Part shown: piece by piece, positions 45,513-58,037 of the stretch
How the letters are laid out: each line of letters opens with the position of its first letter
How positions within the stretch are numbered: the first letter of the stretch is position 1
Source: a virus
Taxonomy: Duplodnaviria > Caudoviricetes
Reading direction: 5' to 3' (one strand)
DNA: 64,000 nucleotides
IMG/VR virus record: IMGVR_UViG_3300029705_000021
The notes under the pieces: generated by a model
Told to the model about the DNA's origin: nothing
What the model saw: only the letters and a program-made list of their open reading frames with translations
Databases searched by the model: none
Program-made: the position numbers and the translations under genes

Positions 45513-46028
45513 GCATTGTTATTTTTTAATTTCGCTTATATTTTGGGTGTGTAAATCAGTTAAAGCCTCTTGACCGTAGCCAGTTGTAAAGCCCCATATA
45601 CTCTTGTCAGGCACAATTACATTCTTTTACGCATCAGATATCGGTTGCCCTCTATCCCACCCAAAAATAAGCATTATTAATTTTTGTTTTCGCTTATAAA
45701 AAAGAGTAGACAAAAAGCCTACTCTTCTTCATTCGCTTTATACTCTGCATACTCTTCGTATGCTTCGAGTATGTCCTTGATCCAAGCTTCTCCCATCTCT
45801 ATCACTCCTTCCTATAGTGAAATAAGGATTGTTAATTTTCAATTTGCTTTGTAATAAGGCAGAAAAAAAGGATTGTTAATTTTCATTTCCGTTTAGTCTG
45901 CACAATACGCACACATAATACAGAATTAACAATCCAAGTTTCTTTATATTTTTTACACAAAAAAGGATTGTTAAATTTTAGTTCGGTTAATGTTTTGATA
46001 TAAAATTATCCGTAAAATCTAACAACCC
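45513..46028. repeat. Cluster of about 7 degenerate GSATTGTTAATTTT-type boxes (5 direct, 2 inverted)
   Basis: Direct copies at 45513, 45671, 45826, 45870, 45965; inverted copies at 45924-45935 and 46014-46028. Confidence 0.7.
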
Positions 46029-48301
46029 TAATTCATACTATTTCTCATTCCACGACTCAAGTACAAGACTTGCAACATTCATATACTTGAATGAGCCATC
46101 GAGAATGCAGCCGAGGAACGCACCCCAATTGTGTTCTAACCAGGTGATTAAGTAGAACTTATTGTCCATCTTAATACTTCTAGTTTGTGCAGACGAGATA
46201 TGATTCTCGAAAGCTTTCCACAACTTGAAAGTGATTTCATTTGCCCTATTATCGTGTAACAGGTAGTGTGAGAACTTCTTCTCAAAGTCCTCATATATTT
46301 CAATTTTGAGGTCGTAGCTTTCCTCATAGCTGAGTTTGTAGTCGTTCTCAGAATCATCACAAAACTCAAACTCTTCCTCGCAGAGAGTAACACCACCAAC
46401 AAACATCCAGCCACCTTCTGGATCTGATCTGAAGTTTATCTCTGATGTTGGAATGCACCAAAAGATTTCTTTGTACTGTCCGACACTCCAGGGAAAAGCG
46501 TTTTCTTCCTCATAAAGTACATAATAACTTTTTGTGTCATCCATCAGCATATTATTAAGCTCATTGAACTTCTTTATAAACTTGTCACGAGTCAATGGTG
46601 TTCCTACTACTCTCTGTCCATCTATCTTAAATATCTTAAAATAGATACATTGTGGGTCATACCCATAATCTTCAGGAATTGCAATTCCTCTAAATATGTT
46701 CTTACGACACTCCTCGTCAAGAGTGTCAATGAATATTGTTTCGTTAGCATTGTATGTGATGGCACAACCAACTCTGCCATCAGTTAATTTTTCAATTTTC
46801 ATAATTTTCTACCTCATTTCTTCAACTAAAAAAGGACAGACTTTGAGCGTTCTGCCCTTGTATGTTTCTGCTTTTGTATACTATGCAAGACCTTTAATGT
46901 CTACATAATATCCACGACTTGTATCTATATCCTTGTGAGTGTTTAAGAATTTCTTAAAATACTCCATATTGATTCTTTCTTGATGTTCTGTAGTGTCTTT
47001 GATAACTGTACCATCAAGTTTAACTATTTTTTCAGAAACAATTGCGTCATATGTGCTATCTACCCACTTTAAATGATAGACAACTATGTGTTTAATGTTA
47101 GTACTAAAATTGATAGCACTATATTTTATAGTTTTTGTTAAGTTGAACATAGTCAACACACTCCTTCCCGACCTTTAAAGTCAAACAAAATTGTGCAATT
47201 AAAAATAGACACACTTCGAGCGTGTCTGTGTGTGCGCCTACAATGTTGTAGACTAGACACCCACCAAGCTTTGACACTTGATGGGCGTAAGAATATGATT
47301 ATTCATCATCTTCTTCTGTGTGTTTCAAATAGTTCTTTAATACTCTAGTTTTTGCAAGAACACCTCTATCATTAAAATGACAAATTTCTGTCTGTGCAAT
47401 TTCTTTAAAGTCAGTTTTTCTAAACTCTGATGTGAATTTATCCATAGCCGACTTTGAGTTAAAGACTATTTGGCTGTCAGTAAACACTTCTTGACTTTCA
47501 AATGGTACATAATGACGCATTTGTACTCTGTAAAATGTTACTTCATTGTTATTAGTTGTTGCCATAAGCATACCTCTTTCTAGTGGGAAAGAGATTATAG
47601 TTTTTATGTTCCCACCATAAACCGTCACTCCTCTCTTAATTTTGGGCATAAAAAAAGCACCATATTCACAATGGAATATGATGCTCTTTAGCATAACCAA
47701 AATTATTTATATTTATCAAGATGTTTCTTCCTAAAAGTATCTATTTGTTGTTGCTTGTCTTTAATCTTCTGTACTTTTTTCTTGTCTACATACATAGCAG
47801 GCTTATATATTGCGTCTGTTTCTGTGGTAAAAGTATTTTCCCATTCTAATACTTTTCGGTGTCTATATGGTACATTATATGTATAACCATTATATCCTTG
47901 TGGTTGCTTGCGTTCAGGCTTTTTACCCATTCTGTATAAATTTGGCTCGACTTTTGCATTAAAGAGATTATGATAATCTATAAACGCAAATATCATATTG
48001 TACCATTCTGTGTGCTTTGACACAAGTGTTTTATGAAACTGTGTGTCTTTGCGTGCGTCTAAAATCCAAATGACAAACTGTGTCAATTCATACTGTGGGT
48101 CGAATTGCCACAAATTATCTATATAAATATAAATGTTGCGTGTTGGTCTGCCATATACACAACCTTTTGGCAAAGGATTATCAAAATAACCTGTGCCATA
48201 TTGTTTACATATCTTTAATTTAGATAATGCCTTATCAATATAATTATCTGTAATAGTATTCATAATATAATACCCTCCGATTTTTTAAAATTTAAACCAT
48301 T

Positions 48302-48336
48302 AAAAAAAGAGTATCCCCAAGGGGATACCCTTTTTT
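48302..48336. terminator. Intrinsic terminator (bidirectional shape)
   Basis: AAAAAAAGAGTATCCCC-AA-GGGGATACCCTTTTTT. Confidence 0.8.
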
Positions 48337-48345
48337 AGTTGGTTT

Positions 48346-49242
48346 TTAGTCTGCTTTTTTCTCTGCTTTTCTTTTCTTGGCTTTTTCCTCTGCTTGCTTG
48401 ATAGCCTTTTCCTCTGCCTGCTTGATGAGTTCCTCGCTTTTCCTCTTGCGTTCTTCCTCTGCCTTTTTCTCTCTCTCTGCGTCTTCCTCGTAGGCTTTGC
48501 GTGATTTCTTCTGTAAATCTTCAATAACGGCAAGTACAATTTCTAAACGAACATTTTTCCCGTCTGTGTCGAAACTCTGCACAACCTTTGATTTTGCAAC
48601 CTTACGACCTTTATAATATACTTTCTTACAGTCCTCGACAAGATGTGTATTTGCGTGAAAATGATATTCTCTATAAATATCATCCTCAGCAACTGTGAAA
48701 GACTGTAAAACCTTATCTAATAAAGGTTTAAGAACTTGTGTTGGCTTATCGTCTGCAAGATTAGTAAGAAATGCTGTAAAGCCTGAAAAACTTGAAAATA
48801 CTGACGTATCTTTTGAAAAGTATACACTCATAAATTTTATTAATTTATCTGCTTGACAAAATGCTATTTCTTGAGGTGTATAACACATTTTGAGCACATC
48901 CTCAAAAATTGTTACAGTTTCCTCAATATTGTACTTTTCTGTGTACTGTTCGTTGGTCAAACTGTCTTCAAGTTCCTTTTCCTCTAACTTGTTTAATTTA
49001 GAGTTCATAACTTTAATAGTACCGATGAAATATGCACACTCTAGCAACCTCGCATATTCTATACAATCTTTAAGAAAATGAAAGTTACAGTCTAAAGATT
49101 TCAAAGTAAATGAGCCTTTTGAGAAATTGGCAACGGGAATAATTGCTTTGCGACTGTCGATGTTCCTTGTGTCTTCCATAACCTCTGCAACTGTTTTTGT
49201 AACCTCGAGTTCCCCATTTTTGAATAATATTGCGTTTAACAT
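48346..49242 (-). CDS. Hypothetical protein with a charged coiled-coil tail; first gene of the minus arm
   Basis: 298-aa ORF with an AAGGAGG RBS. Confidence 0.75.
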   Translation of the reverse strand: MLNAILFKNGELEVTKTVAEVMEDTRNIDSRKAIIPVANFSKGSFTLKSLDCNFHFLKDCIEYARLLECAYFIGTIKVMNSKLNKLEEKELEDSLTNEQYTEKYNIEETVTIFEDVLKMCYTPQEIAFCQADKLIKFMSVYFSKDTSVFSSFSGFTAFLTNLADDKPTQVLKPLLDKVLQSFTVAEDDIYREYHFHANTHLVEDCKKVYYKGRKVAKSKVVQSFDTDGKNVRLEIVLAVIEDLQKKSRKAYEEDAEREKKAEEERKRKSEELIKQAEEKAIKQAEEKAKKRKAEKKAD

Positions 49243-50340
49243 AATTAACGCCCTCCTTTAAATAAAATATTTTGAAGGGGGATTTCTTCCCCCTATTCAA
49301 TACCCTGTGCAAGTTATACAAGATATTCAACAGGGAAAAGAAAAGCAATTCAAAAAAAGTTTGTTGAACTAATCCAACTGTCATTTATAACACCATTCAC
49401 AAATAAAACTATTGTTCAAGGCTTGCGCCCTAGTGCTATGCACCTATTTGCTAATAACAAGAACCTCGCCGACTGTGGCTTTGCACCTTGTCTTGTGTGG
49501 GTATTTGGTTTATGTGCGATATAGCAAAAATTTGCTACAAGTCCATTATACATTAATTAAAAATAAAAAGTAATTTAAAAAAAAAGAATTTTAAATATTT
49601 TTGAAAACGCTTAAAAGTATTGATTTTACTAGCATTTCAAGGCTTTTCAACCGGCGCAAAGTTGCATAATATAGTTATATTATTGCACTATACGGGGGTA
49701 GAAAAAACTGATTTTTTTAATTTTTTTACGCAAAGTTCGGTCAGCTAGTTCATCCACACACCAACTGCAAAATCAACGATCCGATCCAATTTTTCCGCAC
49801 TCGAATCGAATATCGAAAAACTCCCTATAAACAGTTGAAAAACGTATTTTAAATCATTAAAAATCAGCACATATTCTCGATGCCATTGTTTGCCTATTCT
49901 CATCGAAAACCCAATAAAAATAAAGGAAAATAGCGAATTCTATACAATCACATAGTTTTTCCACAAAGCAATCCACAATTCCACATGACAGGGGGCGTAG
50001 TTTCAACTTATTTAAATAAAGGTGTATATGTGGGGGAGGGGGTGTTTTAAACCTGATATAGATATACTCTTCTATTCAATGATGGGGTATAAAATAGAAA
50101 AAGATAAAAAGGTAAGAAATATTTAAAAAAGTAGTTGACAATAAATGTAAAATGTGGTAAGATTGGCACAAGAGTAGGAAGAAATGTATCTATTCTTAAT
50201 TTTAACAAGAAAACTAATTAAAAATACAGATAAATAATTTTTGGACATCCCTTGTTCCAATGATAGTAATTTATAAATCATTTGTCTTGCACATGTCCAA
50301 AAATTTAAAATTCAAAAATATATTATAAAGAAAGGAAATT
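49243..50340. other. Divergent non-coding region at the strand switch
   Basis: Genes to the left are minus strand, genes to the right plus strand; ~1.1 kb without a credible ORF. Confidence 0.75.
50135..50221 (+). promoter_or_regulatory. sigmaA promoter with a downstream operator
   Basis: TTGACA-17bp-(TGn)TAAGAT; AAACTAATTAA at 50211-50221. Confidence 0.7.
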
Positions 50341-51468
50341 TTGATGCAAGAAATAACAAATAAAGATAATCATAGTTCGCCTGGGATAAGTACTACTGCT
50401 ATAGACACTATGAGTACTCAGAATCTAATAATAGGTGATTATGTTACATATAAAAAGCTATGTGAGCTATTAAATGAGCCATATAAAAATGGGAATGCGA
50501 AGAAGGCACAATTAAAAGAATGGCTGCGTTATTTTGATTATGAGAAGATAGATAGTAAGTTTTTAATACTAGATGTATATAATGAACCATTAGAAAAGGA
50601 ATATCAATATCCTGCAAATGCTATTTATATAAAGTATATAGAAGTATTACTACTAAGCTTATTAGCATCTACTGAAGGGAATATGATTACTATTGCTCCC
50701 CAGTCGTTATATAAAACATTTGGGATGATCAATGATAATTTCACAAGAATACAAAGATTAGAGCCAGATGAGCGTCTTAAGGAATTGCAAAAGGTACATA
50801 GTTATATGACAGATTTTGAAATTAATGATTTTTTTGAAAGATGTAAGTCAAAATTTTCAAAAGTTATTAAAGGAGCATTTAGCAGCTTACAGAAAAGAAT
50901 GTTAATAAAGTTTTCGGAAGAATATGAGTATTATGTATTAGAAAAAGAAAACTTATTTGATATGAGACCTAATCCCAAGATGACAGTCAGAAAATATATA
51001 GCAGATGCAGATGACATTGAATATATATTAAAAGTAAAAAGAGAAACATTACTTAAATATGGTTGCGAAGAAGAAAGCCAGATTTATTTAAAGAAGAAAA
51101 CTCTTCCTTATTATAATGAAATAAATAGACGAGTTAAAGAAGAAAAGAACTGGGTAGGGTTATATAAGGTATATGTAATAAATTATTGTAGAGATACATC
51201 TATAGAAGCATTAGAGAAAGATCAGCTTACATTGCAGAAATATGGATTAAATGAAGCACTAATTAAATATATAGATGAGCAAGCAGTAAAGAATTATAGT
51301 AAAACAAAGGATATATCAAAAGACAGTGAAGAATTTCGTTATCCTGAGAGCTATGTAAATATGCAGCATTTACTTTCAGATCAATTACTTCGTATAGAAC
51401 AAAAGAAAGAAAAGGATAAAGGTAAAGAAGAAATTAAAGAAACTGATGAATGGTTAGATAATATATAA
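50341..51468 (+). CDS. Hypothetical protein, first gene of the plus arm
   Basis: 375-aa ORF with an AAAGGA RBS. Confidence 0.7.
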   Translation: MMQEITNKDNHSSPGISTTAIDTMSTQNLIIGDYVTYKKLCELLNEPYKNGNAKKAQLKEWLRYFDYEKIDSKFLILDVYNEPLEKEYQYPANAIYIKYIEVLLLSLLASTEGNMITIAPQSLYKTFGMINDNFTRIQRLEPDERLKELQKVHSYMTDFEINDFFERCKSKFSKVIKGAFSSLQKRMLIKFSEEYEYYVLEKENLFDMRPNPKMTVRKYIADADDIEYILKVKRETLLKYGCEEESQIYLKKKTLPYYNEINRRVKEEKNWVGLYKVYVINYCRDTSIEALEKDQLTLQKYGLNEALIKYIDEQAVKNYSKTKDISKDSEEFRYPESYVNMQHLLSDQLLRIEQKKEKDKGKEEIKETDEWLDNI

Positions 51469-53651
51469 AGGAAAGAAAAAATGGGAATAGCAACAATTGA
51501 TAAACTAAACAGAATAAACAAAGAATAAAGGAGAGAAACAATGTTTGATTTTATAGATATGGATTATTTGTATAAAGATGAAGATGTATTAGTAACTCAT
51601 AATAAATATGAAATAGAAGGTAGATGTGGAGCTTTCTGTAAATGTGGAGCGACATTGCACATTAAACCACCATTCTTTGCACAGTGGTGTAGTATAGAGT
51701 GTCCAGAATGTAAAAATATAACTCAATTATATTGTGGACAACTAAATAGATATATAGATGAAGATTTACCAATTGATTAAGGAAAGGAGAGAACAATGTT
51801 AATCAGAACCCAAGACAAAAGAAGTTTAGTAGATATAGCAGGAATGATAGTAGATATAGCATATGATGGAGTAAACTCTAAGTCTGAGCTTAGAGTGATT
51901 TCTAATCAAGCAGGATATAGACACCATAAACCATTAGGCACATATTCTACAGAAGAGAAAGCAATGAAAGTATTAGATATGATTCAAGAAACATATCTCA
52001 GTCCTATTGCAAAAAATATAGTTGGATTAAGCGAAGAGGCAATTTATCAGAATAAAGTCTTTGTTATGCCCTTAGACGAGGAGGTAGACGTATGACATAT
52101 ACAGTACAATTAGATTTTTGGATAGATGAAGATGTAGTAAGAACAGATAAAGAAGTTGAGGATGTGCTGAAAGAAATTTTTGATTGTTGCAGTTGTGGAG
52201 CATCAAACATAAAAGTAATTGATGTGAATGATTAATTAAAACGAGGAGGTAAGCGTATGAGTAAAACAAAATCAATGTTAATAATAGACACACCAGAAAG
52301 TTGTGCGAAATGTAAATTAAGATATGATTCTTATGGAGAATGTGATATTTGTGCTGGAAAAGATTTAATTGTAGATGACTTTATAGAAACAAATACTAAA
52401 CCAGACTGGTGTCCACTCTCTTCTCTTCCAGAGAGAATAAACCTAAAGCAATATGTAGAGAACGGAGTACAAGATATTGGCAACATGTTAGCGTATCAAT
52501 ATGCGCAAGGCTGGAATGATTGTTTGGAAGATATACAGAAAGGAAGAAACTAATGAATAATATATTATGTAATATTAAAGAAGTAACAGATATTAAAGAA
52601 TTAAGTAAAATTATTGCTGCTTGTCAAGAGAGACAAAAAGAATTAATTGAAAATACTTGGAAAGAAACATATAAAGATCGTTGTAAAGAATATTTTGTGA
52701 CATTAGAAGATATTTTTTGGGAGTTTCGTATGGTTAATCTTTATAATATAGATTCAAACAACAAAGAACTTTGTGATAAGTTAGAAGAAGAATATTATAG
52801 ATTTCCTTACGGATTATCAAAATTACTTTTTTATGCAAAGGATCTAGAATTGGAAGTACCATTTATTGTTGGTAGAATGGCATGTGCTTTATGTGTTTGT
52901 AAAGGTTGTCCATACCAGAAGGAATGTAATGGATATACATGTAAAGAATGTAAACCACACTATACAGGATATCAATGGGAATGCGAAGAATAGAGAGAGG
53001 ATAAAAAAAAGGAGAAGCTAATGCGTGACTATGTATACACAGAAAAAGTAAAGTTGGAACTGTACATAATTAATAATGAACAATATACAGATTATGATAT
53101 TGGAGATTGTTTGTATAATAGTGCTCCTCAGAGTGAAGTTGAAGATGATGCATATGAAGTTTGTAGAGAAATAGCTGAAGATCTGTATAAGACTGTAACT
53201 GGAGAATATAAATGTATAATTGAAATTGAATTAGAATATACAAGCTCCTATTATTATTTTGAAGGATGGGAACTTGATATGGACTATAGTTATCAGCTTA
53301 TTAGTAAAGAGAAAACAGATTATTGGAAGGAGAATTAAAATGACTACAGAAGAGATTTTAAGAAAACGAGGAGAAAGATATTATTGGGAAACACAAGATG
53401 GACAGTTTATTCCAGTAGACGAGTTAACAGATTTGTATATAGTAAATATAGTAATCAAGTTTGGAAAAGATAAACTAATTGCTTTAGGACACAATCTAAT
53501 TATTGATAAGTTTAATGAATTAAGAAAAACAAGTGGTTTTTATATTTAAGCAAACCTCGGTAAAACTTTCAAAATTACTTATGATTACTTAAACGAACTT
53601 CGGCATAACAATAGAACTGCCGAAAGTAATTAAAAATAGAAAGGAATAAAT

Positions 53652-54131
53652 ATGGGAACACCAAGAAAAATTATATTTAAAGCAAAGAAAAGTGATGAGG
53701 AGTGGGTCGAAGGTAATTATCATTATAGAGAATGGATAAATGGAACTAGAAAAAATATACATTATATTACTGGCATAATAAATGAGTTTCATTATTATCA
53801 ATATGAAATAGATCCTACTACTCTCTCACAGTTTACAGGCTGGGTAGATAATCATGGTAATAGAATATTTGAGAACGACATTGTAGAAATTGTATCTTCT
53901 CCAAAACGTTCATATAAGTATTTGATTTGGTGGAATAGAGAAATGAATATGATAACTGCTGTTTCACTTGATGATATATATTTTAATGGAACTGATTATT
54001 GGGACGGTAATCCTAATTTTAACTACTCTACATTTTGTTTAATGCTGCAAGAACCTTGGGGAGATTTTTCAGATGTAAAGATAATTGGTAATTTGTTTGA
54101 TAATTATGAAATTGTAAAGGAGAAATTATGA
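53652..54131 (+). CDS. YopX-family protein
   Basis: R.IIFKAK...EWVEG...QFTG..D..G..IFENDIV...IIGNLFDN. Confidence 0.85.
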   Translation: MGTPRKIIFKAKKSDEEWVEGNYHYREWINGTRKNIHYITGIINEFHYYQYEIDPTTLSQFTGWVDNHGNRIFENDIVEIVSSPKRSYKYLIWWNREMNMITAVSLDDIYFNGTDYWDGNPNFNYSTFCLMLQEPWGDFSDVKIIGNLFDNYEIVKEKL

Positions 54132-54828
54132 AAGTATATTTAATAACACGAAAAGCAGACTGGTGTGAAGATTATGCTTTAGTTGTAGTAGCTGAGGATA
54201 AGCTTCATGCAGAAAGACGAGCCAGATTAAGCTCTGATGATTTTAGAAAAGAAAAAGATATAAAGATTAAAGAGATCAAGTTAGATGAAGAAAAAGTTGT
54301 TTTAAAGAGCAATGTAGGTGCTTAGGAAGGAGATATATGAGTAAAATAACATATTTTAAAGATGAACCATCTGAATGTAGAGCTTATCAACTACATAGCG
54401 GAGACGTACTTTATTGCAATATAGAGGTTATGAATTGTTTAGGATATCCCTATGAATTAGCATTAGGACAAAATGTTTACATTTATCCAGAACACAATAG
54501 TATCATAGCTAAAAGTATTACCGCAAAAGTAACAAAAGTACATAAACATAAGAAATATCCTAATAAGAAATGGTGGCAGTTCTGGCTTAAGCAGGAAGAA
54601 TATGTAGAAGGATATAATTTAATGATTTTATAGAAAGGAATAAGAAAATGATAACAGTATCAGAATTAAAAGAAGCATGTGAAAAAATTGAAAGAGAATG
54701 GGGATCAGATAGTAAAGTTTGTATTCAGATTAGAAATGAAGACGGTTCTTTAATAAATGGAGACTATTGTCTTAGTTTGTTTAGAGATGCAGACGGAACT
54801 TTGTTTTTAAGTAATCATAAATTTAAAC

Positions 54829-55332
54829 ATGGAAATTGTGAATAAGGAGAAAAATATGAGAATGGCATTAACAGGTCATAGACCAGAAAGATTAGGATAT
54901 AACAAAGACAACTTTAGTACAACCGAATGGATAAGACTAATTGATTGGTTGAAGTTGGCTTTAATAGAGCTTAAAGTAACAGATATATATTGTGGTATGG
55001 CAGACGGGTGTGATATAGCATACGGCATTGCCGCCCTAGCATTAAAAGATGAAGGTTATTCTGTAAAACTACATTGTATTCTTCCTTGTAAGAATTATAA
55101 CTCTAGCAATCCTTGGTATAATATTTTAAAAGAGGACGCAGACGAATGGATTGAGTTATCAGAAGAATTTTATAAAGGTTGTGATAATGCAAGAGATCAA
55201 TATATGGTAGACCATAGTGATAAGTTATTTGCAATATGGGATGGTATTGAATCAGGTGGAGTTTGGTCTACTATTAAAAAAGCACAAAAGAAAGGTTTGG
55301 ATATTGTATATTATCCAAAGGAAAATTTATAA
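54829..55332 (+). CDS. SLOG (YspA-like) protein
   Basis: ALTGHRP, CGMADGCD, ARDQYMVDHSD, WDG...GG..ST. Confidence 0.85.
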   Translation: MEIVNKEKNMRMALTGHRPERLGYNKDNFSTTEWIRLIDWLKLALIELKVTDIYCGMADGCDIAYGIAALALKDEGYSVKLHCILPCKNYNSSNPWYNILKEDADEWIELSEEFYKGCDNARDQYMVDHSDKLFAIWDGIESGGVWSTIKKAQKKGLDIVYYPKENL

Positions 55333-56044
55333 ATAGAAAAGGAGAAAAATAGTATGATTTTTACAACAAGTAATAATCCAATAGATAAATTAAGCTGCTA
55401 TTTGGATAATAAAAAAGAAGAACTCTCAAGAGTTCACTGGTTAATGGGTAAACATAAAAAAGTTGAATGCACAATTTGCGGAGATATTCTAGATTCTTAT
55501 AGAGATATATGGTCTCCTATGCAATGTGGCTGGTATAAAATTGGTGAATATCGTTGGATATGCCATAGATGTCTTGACCATAGAGATTTTAGAAAATATA
55601 TCCCACAGATTGATGAAGATGAAAGAAAATTATGGGAAGAAATTAAAAAGGAGGATGAATAAATAATGAACGAATTAACCAGAGAACAACAATTAAGAAT
55701 TAAAGCACAAGAAGTAATTGATTTATTAAAAGAATATTTGCCAGAATACAAGGAAGCATTCGATTTGTACGACCCTGATAACGAATACAATTTAGATATT
55801 TGCAAAGAAGGGGATGAAGCTATAATGGGAGAATTTAGTTTTATTCTTTGGGATAAGGGCGAGAACTATTGTCTTGACATAAGAAATATTTGTATTCTTG
55901 GAGTATTAAAACCTCATCCAACCGAAATGATTGAAATTGCACGTTACATAGATGAAGAAAAAATAAAAACTTGTACAATTGAAAACCCTTGGACTTGGGA
56001 TGATGCGATTGAAGTAATAAAGAAAAGATTGGAGGAGACACAGA

Positions 56045-56608
56045 ATGAAGCCATATGATACAGGATTAATATGTGGACGTTTTCAAACATTCCACAAAGG
56101 ACATGAAAAATTAGTAGATACAGGGTTACTTCTTTGTGATAGATTAGTTATTTTAATAGGTAGTTCACAGGAATGTGGCACAGAACGTAATCCGCTTAAT
56201 ATTAACACCAGAACAAAAATGTTAAGAGAAGTTTATGGAGATTCTCCAAATATTATGATATACGGATTAGCGGATCTCTCCAATGAAAATGATATTAGAC
56301 CAGAATGGGGAAGATATCTTTTAGATAATGTAGATCGTTATATTCATAAGAACCCTGAAATTATGATATATGGAAATGATGAAAGTCGTAGTGCTTGGTT
56401 TGATAAGAAAGACTTAAAGAATACTACTGAGTTAATTATTAACCGTACAGAGTTACCTATTTCTGCTACTATGTTACGTCAGCTTATGGTGGAGGATAAT
56501 CGTAAGGAATGGATGAAATGGGTAAATCCACGTTTACATAAAATGTACGATGAATTGCGTAGTGAGTTGTTAAGTGTACCATTTTATAGAGAAATTAAGG
56601 AGAGATAA
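56045..56608 (+). CDS. NMN adenylyltransferase-like (NadM/NadR cytidylyltransferase fold)
   Basis: GRFQTFHKGH (HxGH), IGSSQ...RNPL...R, ISAT..R. Confidence 0.85.
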   Translation: MKPYDTGLICGRFQTFHKGHEKLVDTGLLLCDRLVILIGSSQECGTERNPLNINTRTKMLREVYGDSPNIMIYGLADLSNENDIRPEWGRYLLDNVDRYIHKNPEIMIYGNDESRSAWFDKKDLKNTTELIINRTELPISATMLRQLMVEDNRKEWMKWVNPRLHKMYDELRSELLSVPFYREIKER

Positions 56609-57973
56609 TATGATAGTAGCAGACAGAGGGTTATATGTACATGACTCAGTAAAACCACAAAATTCAATTAAAGAACTCTATGTCCCTTCACAGGGAAGAA
56701 TACCTAAGAAGGAAAAAATTAAAAGAATATACGAAGACGATGATTTTGTAATTGACTTGTTTCCTGAAGAACCTACGGTAAGAGTAAGTATATTTAAAGA
56801 CGGACATTTTCAGGACGAAGCTTTTGTAAGAAAGGATGATTATTGTGGTTAAGTTTTGGAAGGAAGATTTTAGATATATAGCAAGACATTATTGTTTTGA
56901 TGATTATTTTTATACTTTCTCTATACGTGGAGAGTCAGCAAACTATTTAATGAACAAGTATCATTTAGATTATCCTATTATACAAGTAAATGTATTTATG
57001 AATAATGGCAGCATGTCAATTACGAGCAGAGCAAAGAACGGACTTGGTTTTTGCGGAGCAGAGATTAAAGAAGATGATTATAAAGAACTTATGGATATTC
57101 TACAGAAAGAAATAGACAATGATTTGAGAAACTATGAAGAATGGCAATGTAATAGTGATTATTACAAAAAAGATTCAAGATAGAAATAAAGGAGAAAACA
57201 ATGAATAAAAGACCAAAAGAAATTGAAGAAGCTATAGATTACATAGATGGTGTATGCCCTGCCTATATAACAAAATCAATTATAGATTACATAGAGCAAC
57301 TAGAGAGAACAGAACAAGAGTTATTAAACGAGATGGAAAGAATGTCAGATGATGGAAAGTAGTAATGTAGTATTACTACTCTTCTACTATCGGCACTACT
57401 GCTCTCTTGCTGCCGAAAAGATAATTTACACTTTGTGATTTACAAGGTGCAAAATTTGCACTTTAAAAATATTAAAAGGAGATAAAAAAATATGACAGAT
57501 AAAAAATATCATGTAGGCTGTGGTGCATTTGGAATATACGCAGGCATACTAAAGAACAAAGAAGAATGGAAAGATAAATCAGATTGCACAGATGAAGCAA
57601 TTGAGGCTGTTAGAGACTACTTGGTTCAAGAATGTCTTGGTGGTTTAGATTGCAGTAAAGATACCAAGGGTGGTTACTCTTGGAAACTTAAAGATGGTAG
57701 AACTGTGAAGTTAATGATTGAGATTGAGGAGAATAAGTAATGTGTAAATATTGTGAACATATAGAAGATAATACGCAATTAAGTAGTCGAGAATTCAGTA
57801 AATATAATGAAGGATGTTATACAGGTATAGAGGCGTATATTGAACCAAATAAGCTGATTATATTTGCTTGTCTTGACAATCAATATATAAAACCACTAAA
57901 TAAAGAAGTGGAAATATCAATTAACTTTTGTCCAATGTGTGGTAAAAAGTTAAATAAATTTTGTTAAAAACTC

Positions 57974-58014
57974 TTGACAAATATTGTAAATTAATGTATA
58001 TTTAAACTAATTAA
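57974..58014 (+). promoter_or_regulatory. sigmaA promoter with an operator at +1
   Basis: TTGACA-17bp-TATATT, then AAACTAATTAA at 58004-58014. Confidence 0.75.
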
Positions 58015-58037
58015 TTTTAAAGAAAGGAATATTATTT

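Noticed and set aside
626-49081. Numerous plus-strand ORFs antisense to the minus-strand arm (e.g. 25601-26080, 38721-39266, 44014-44541)
   Set aside because: They are shadow frames of real minus-strand genes, rich in Ser/Phe/Leu/Ile and lacking RBSs.
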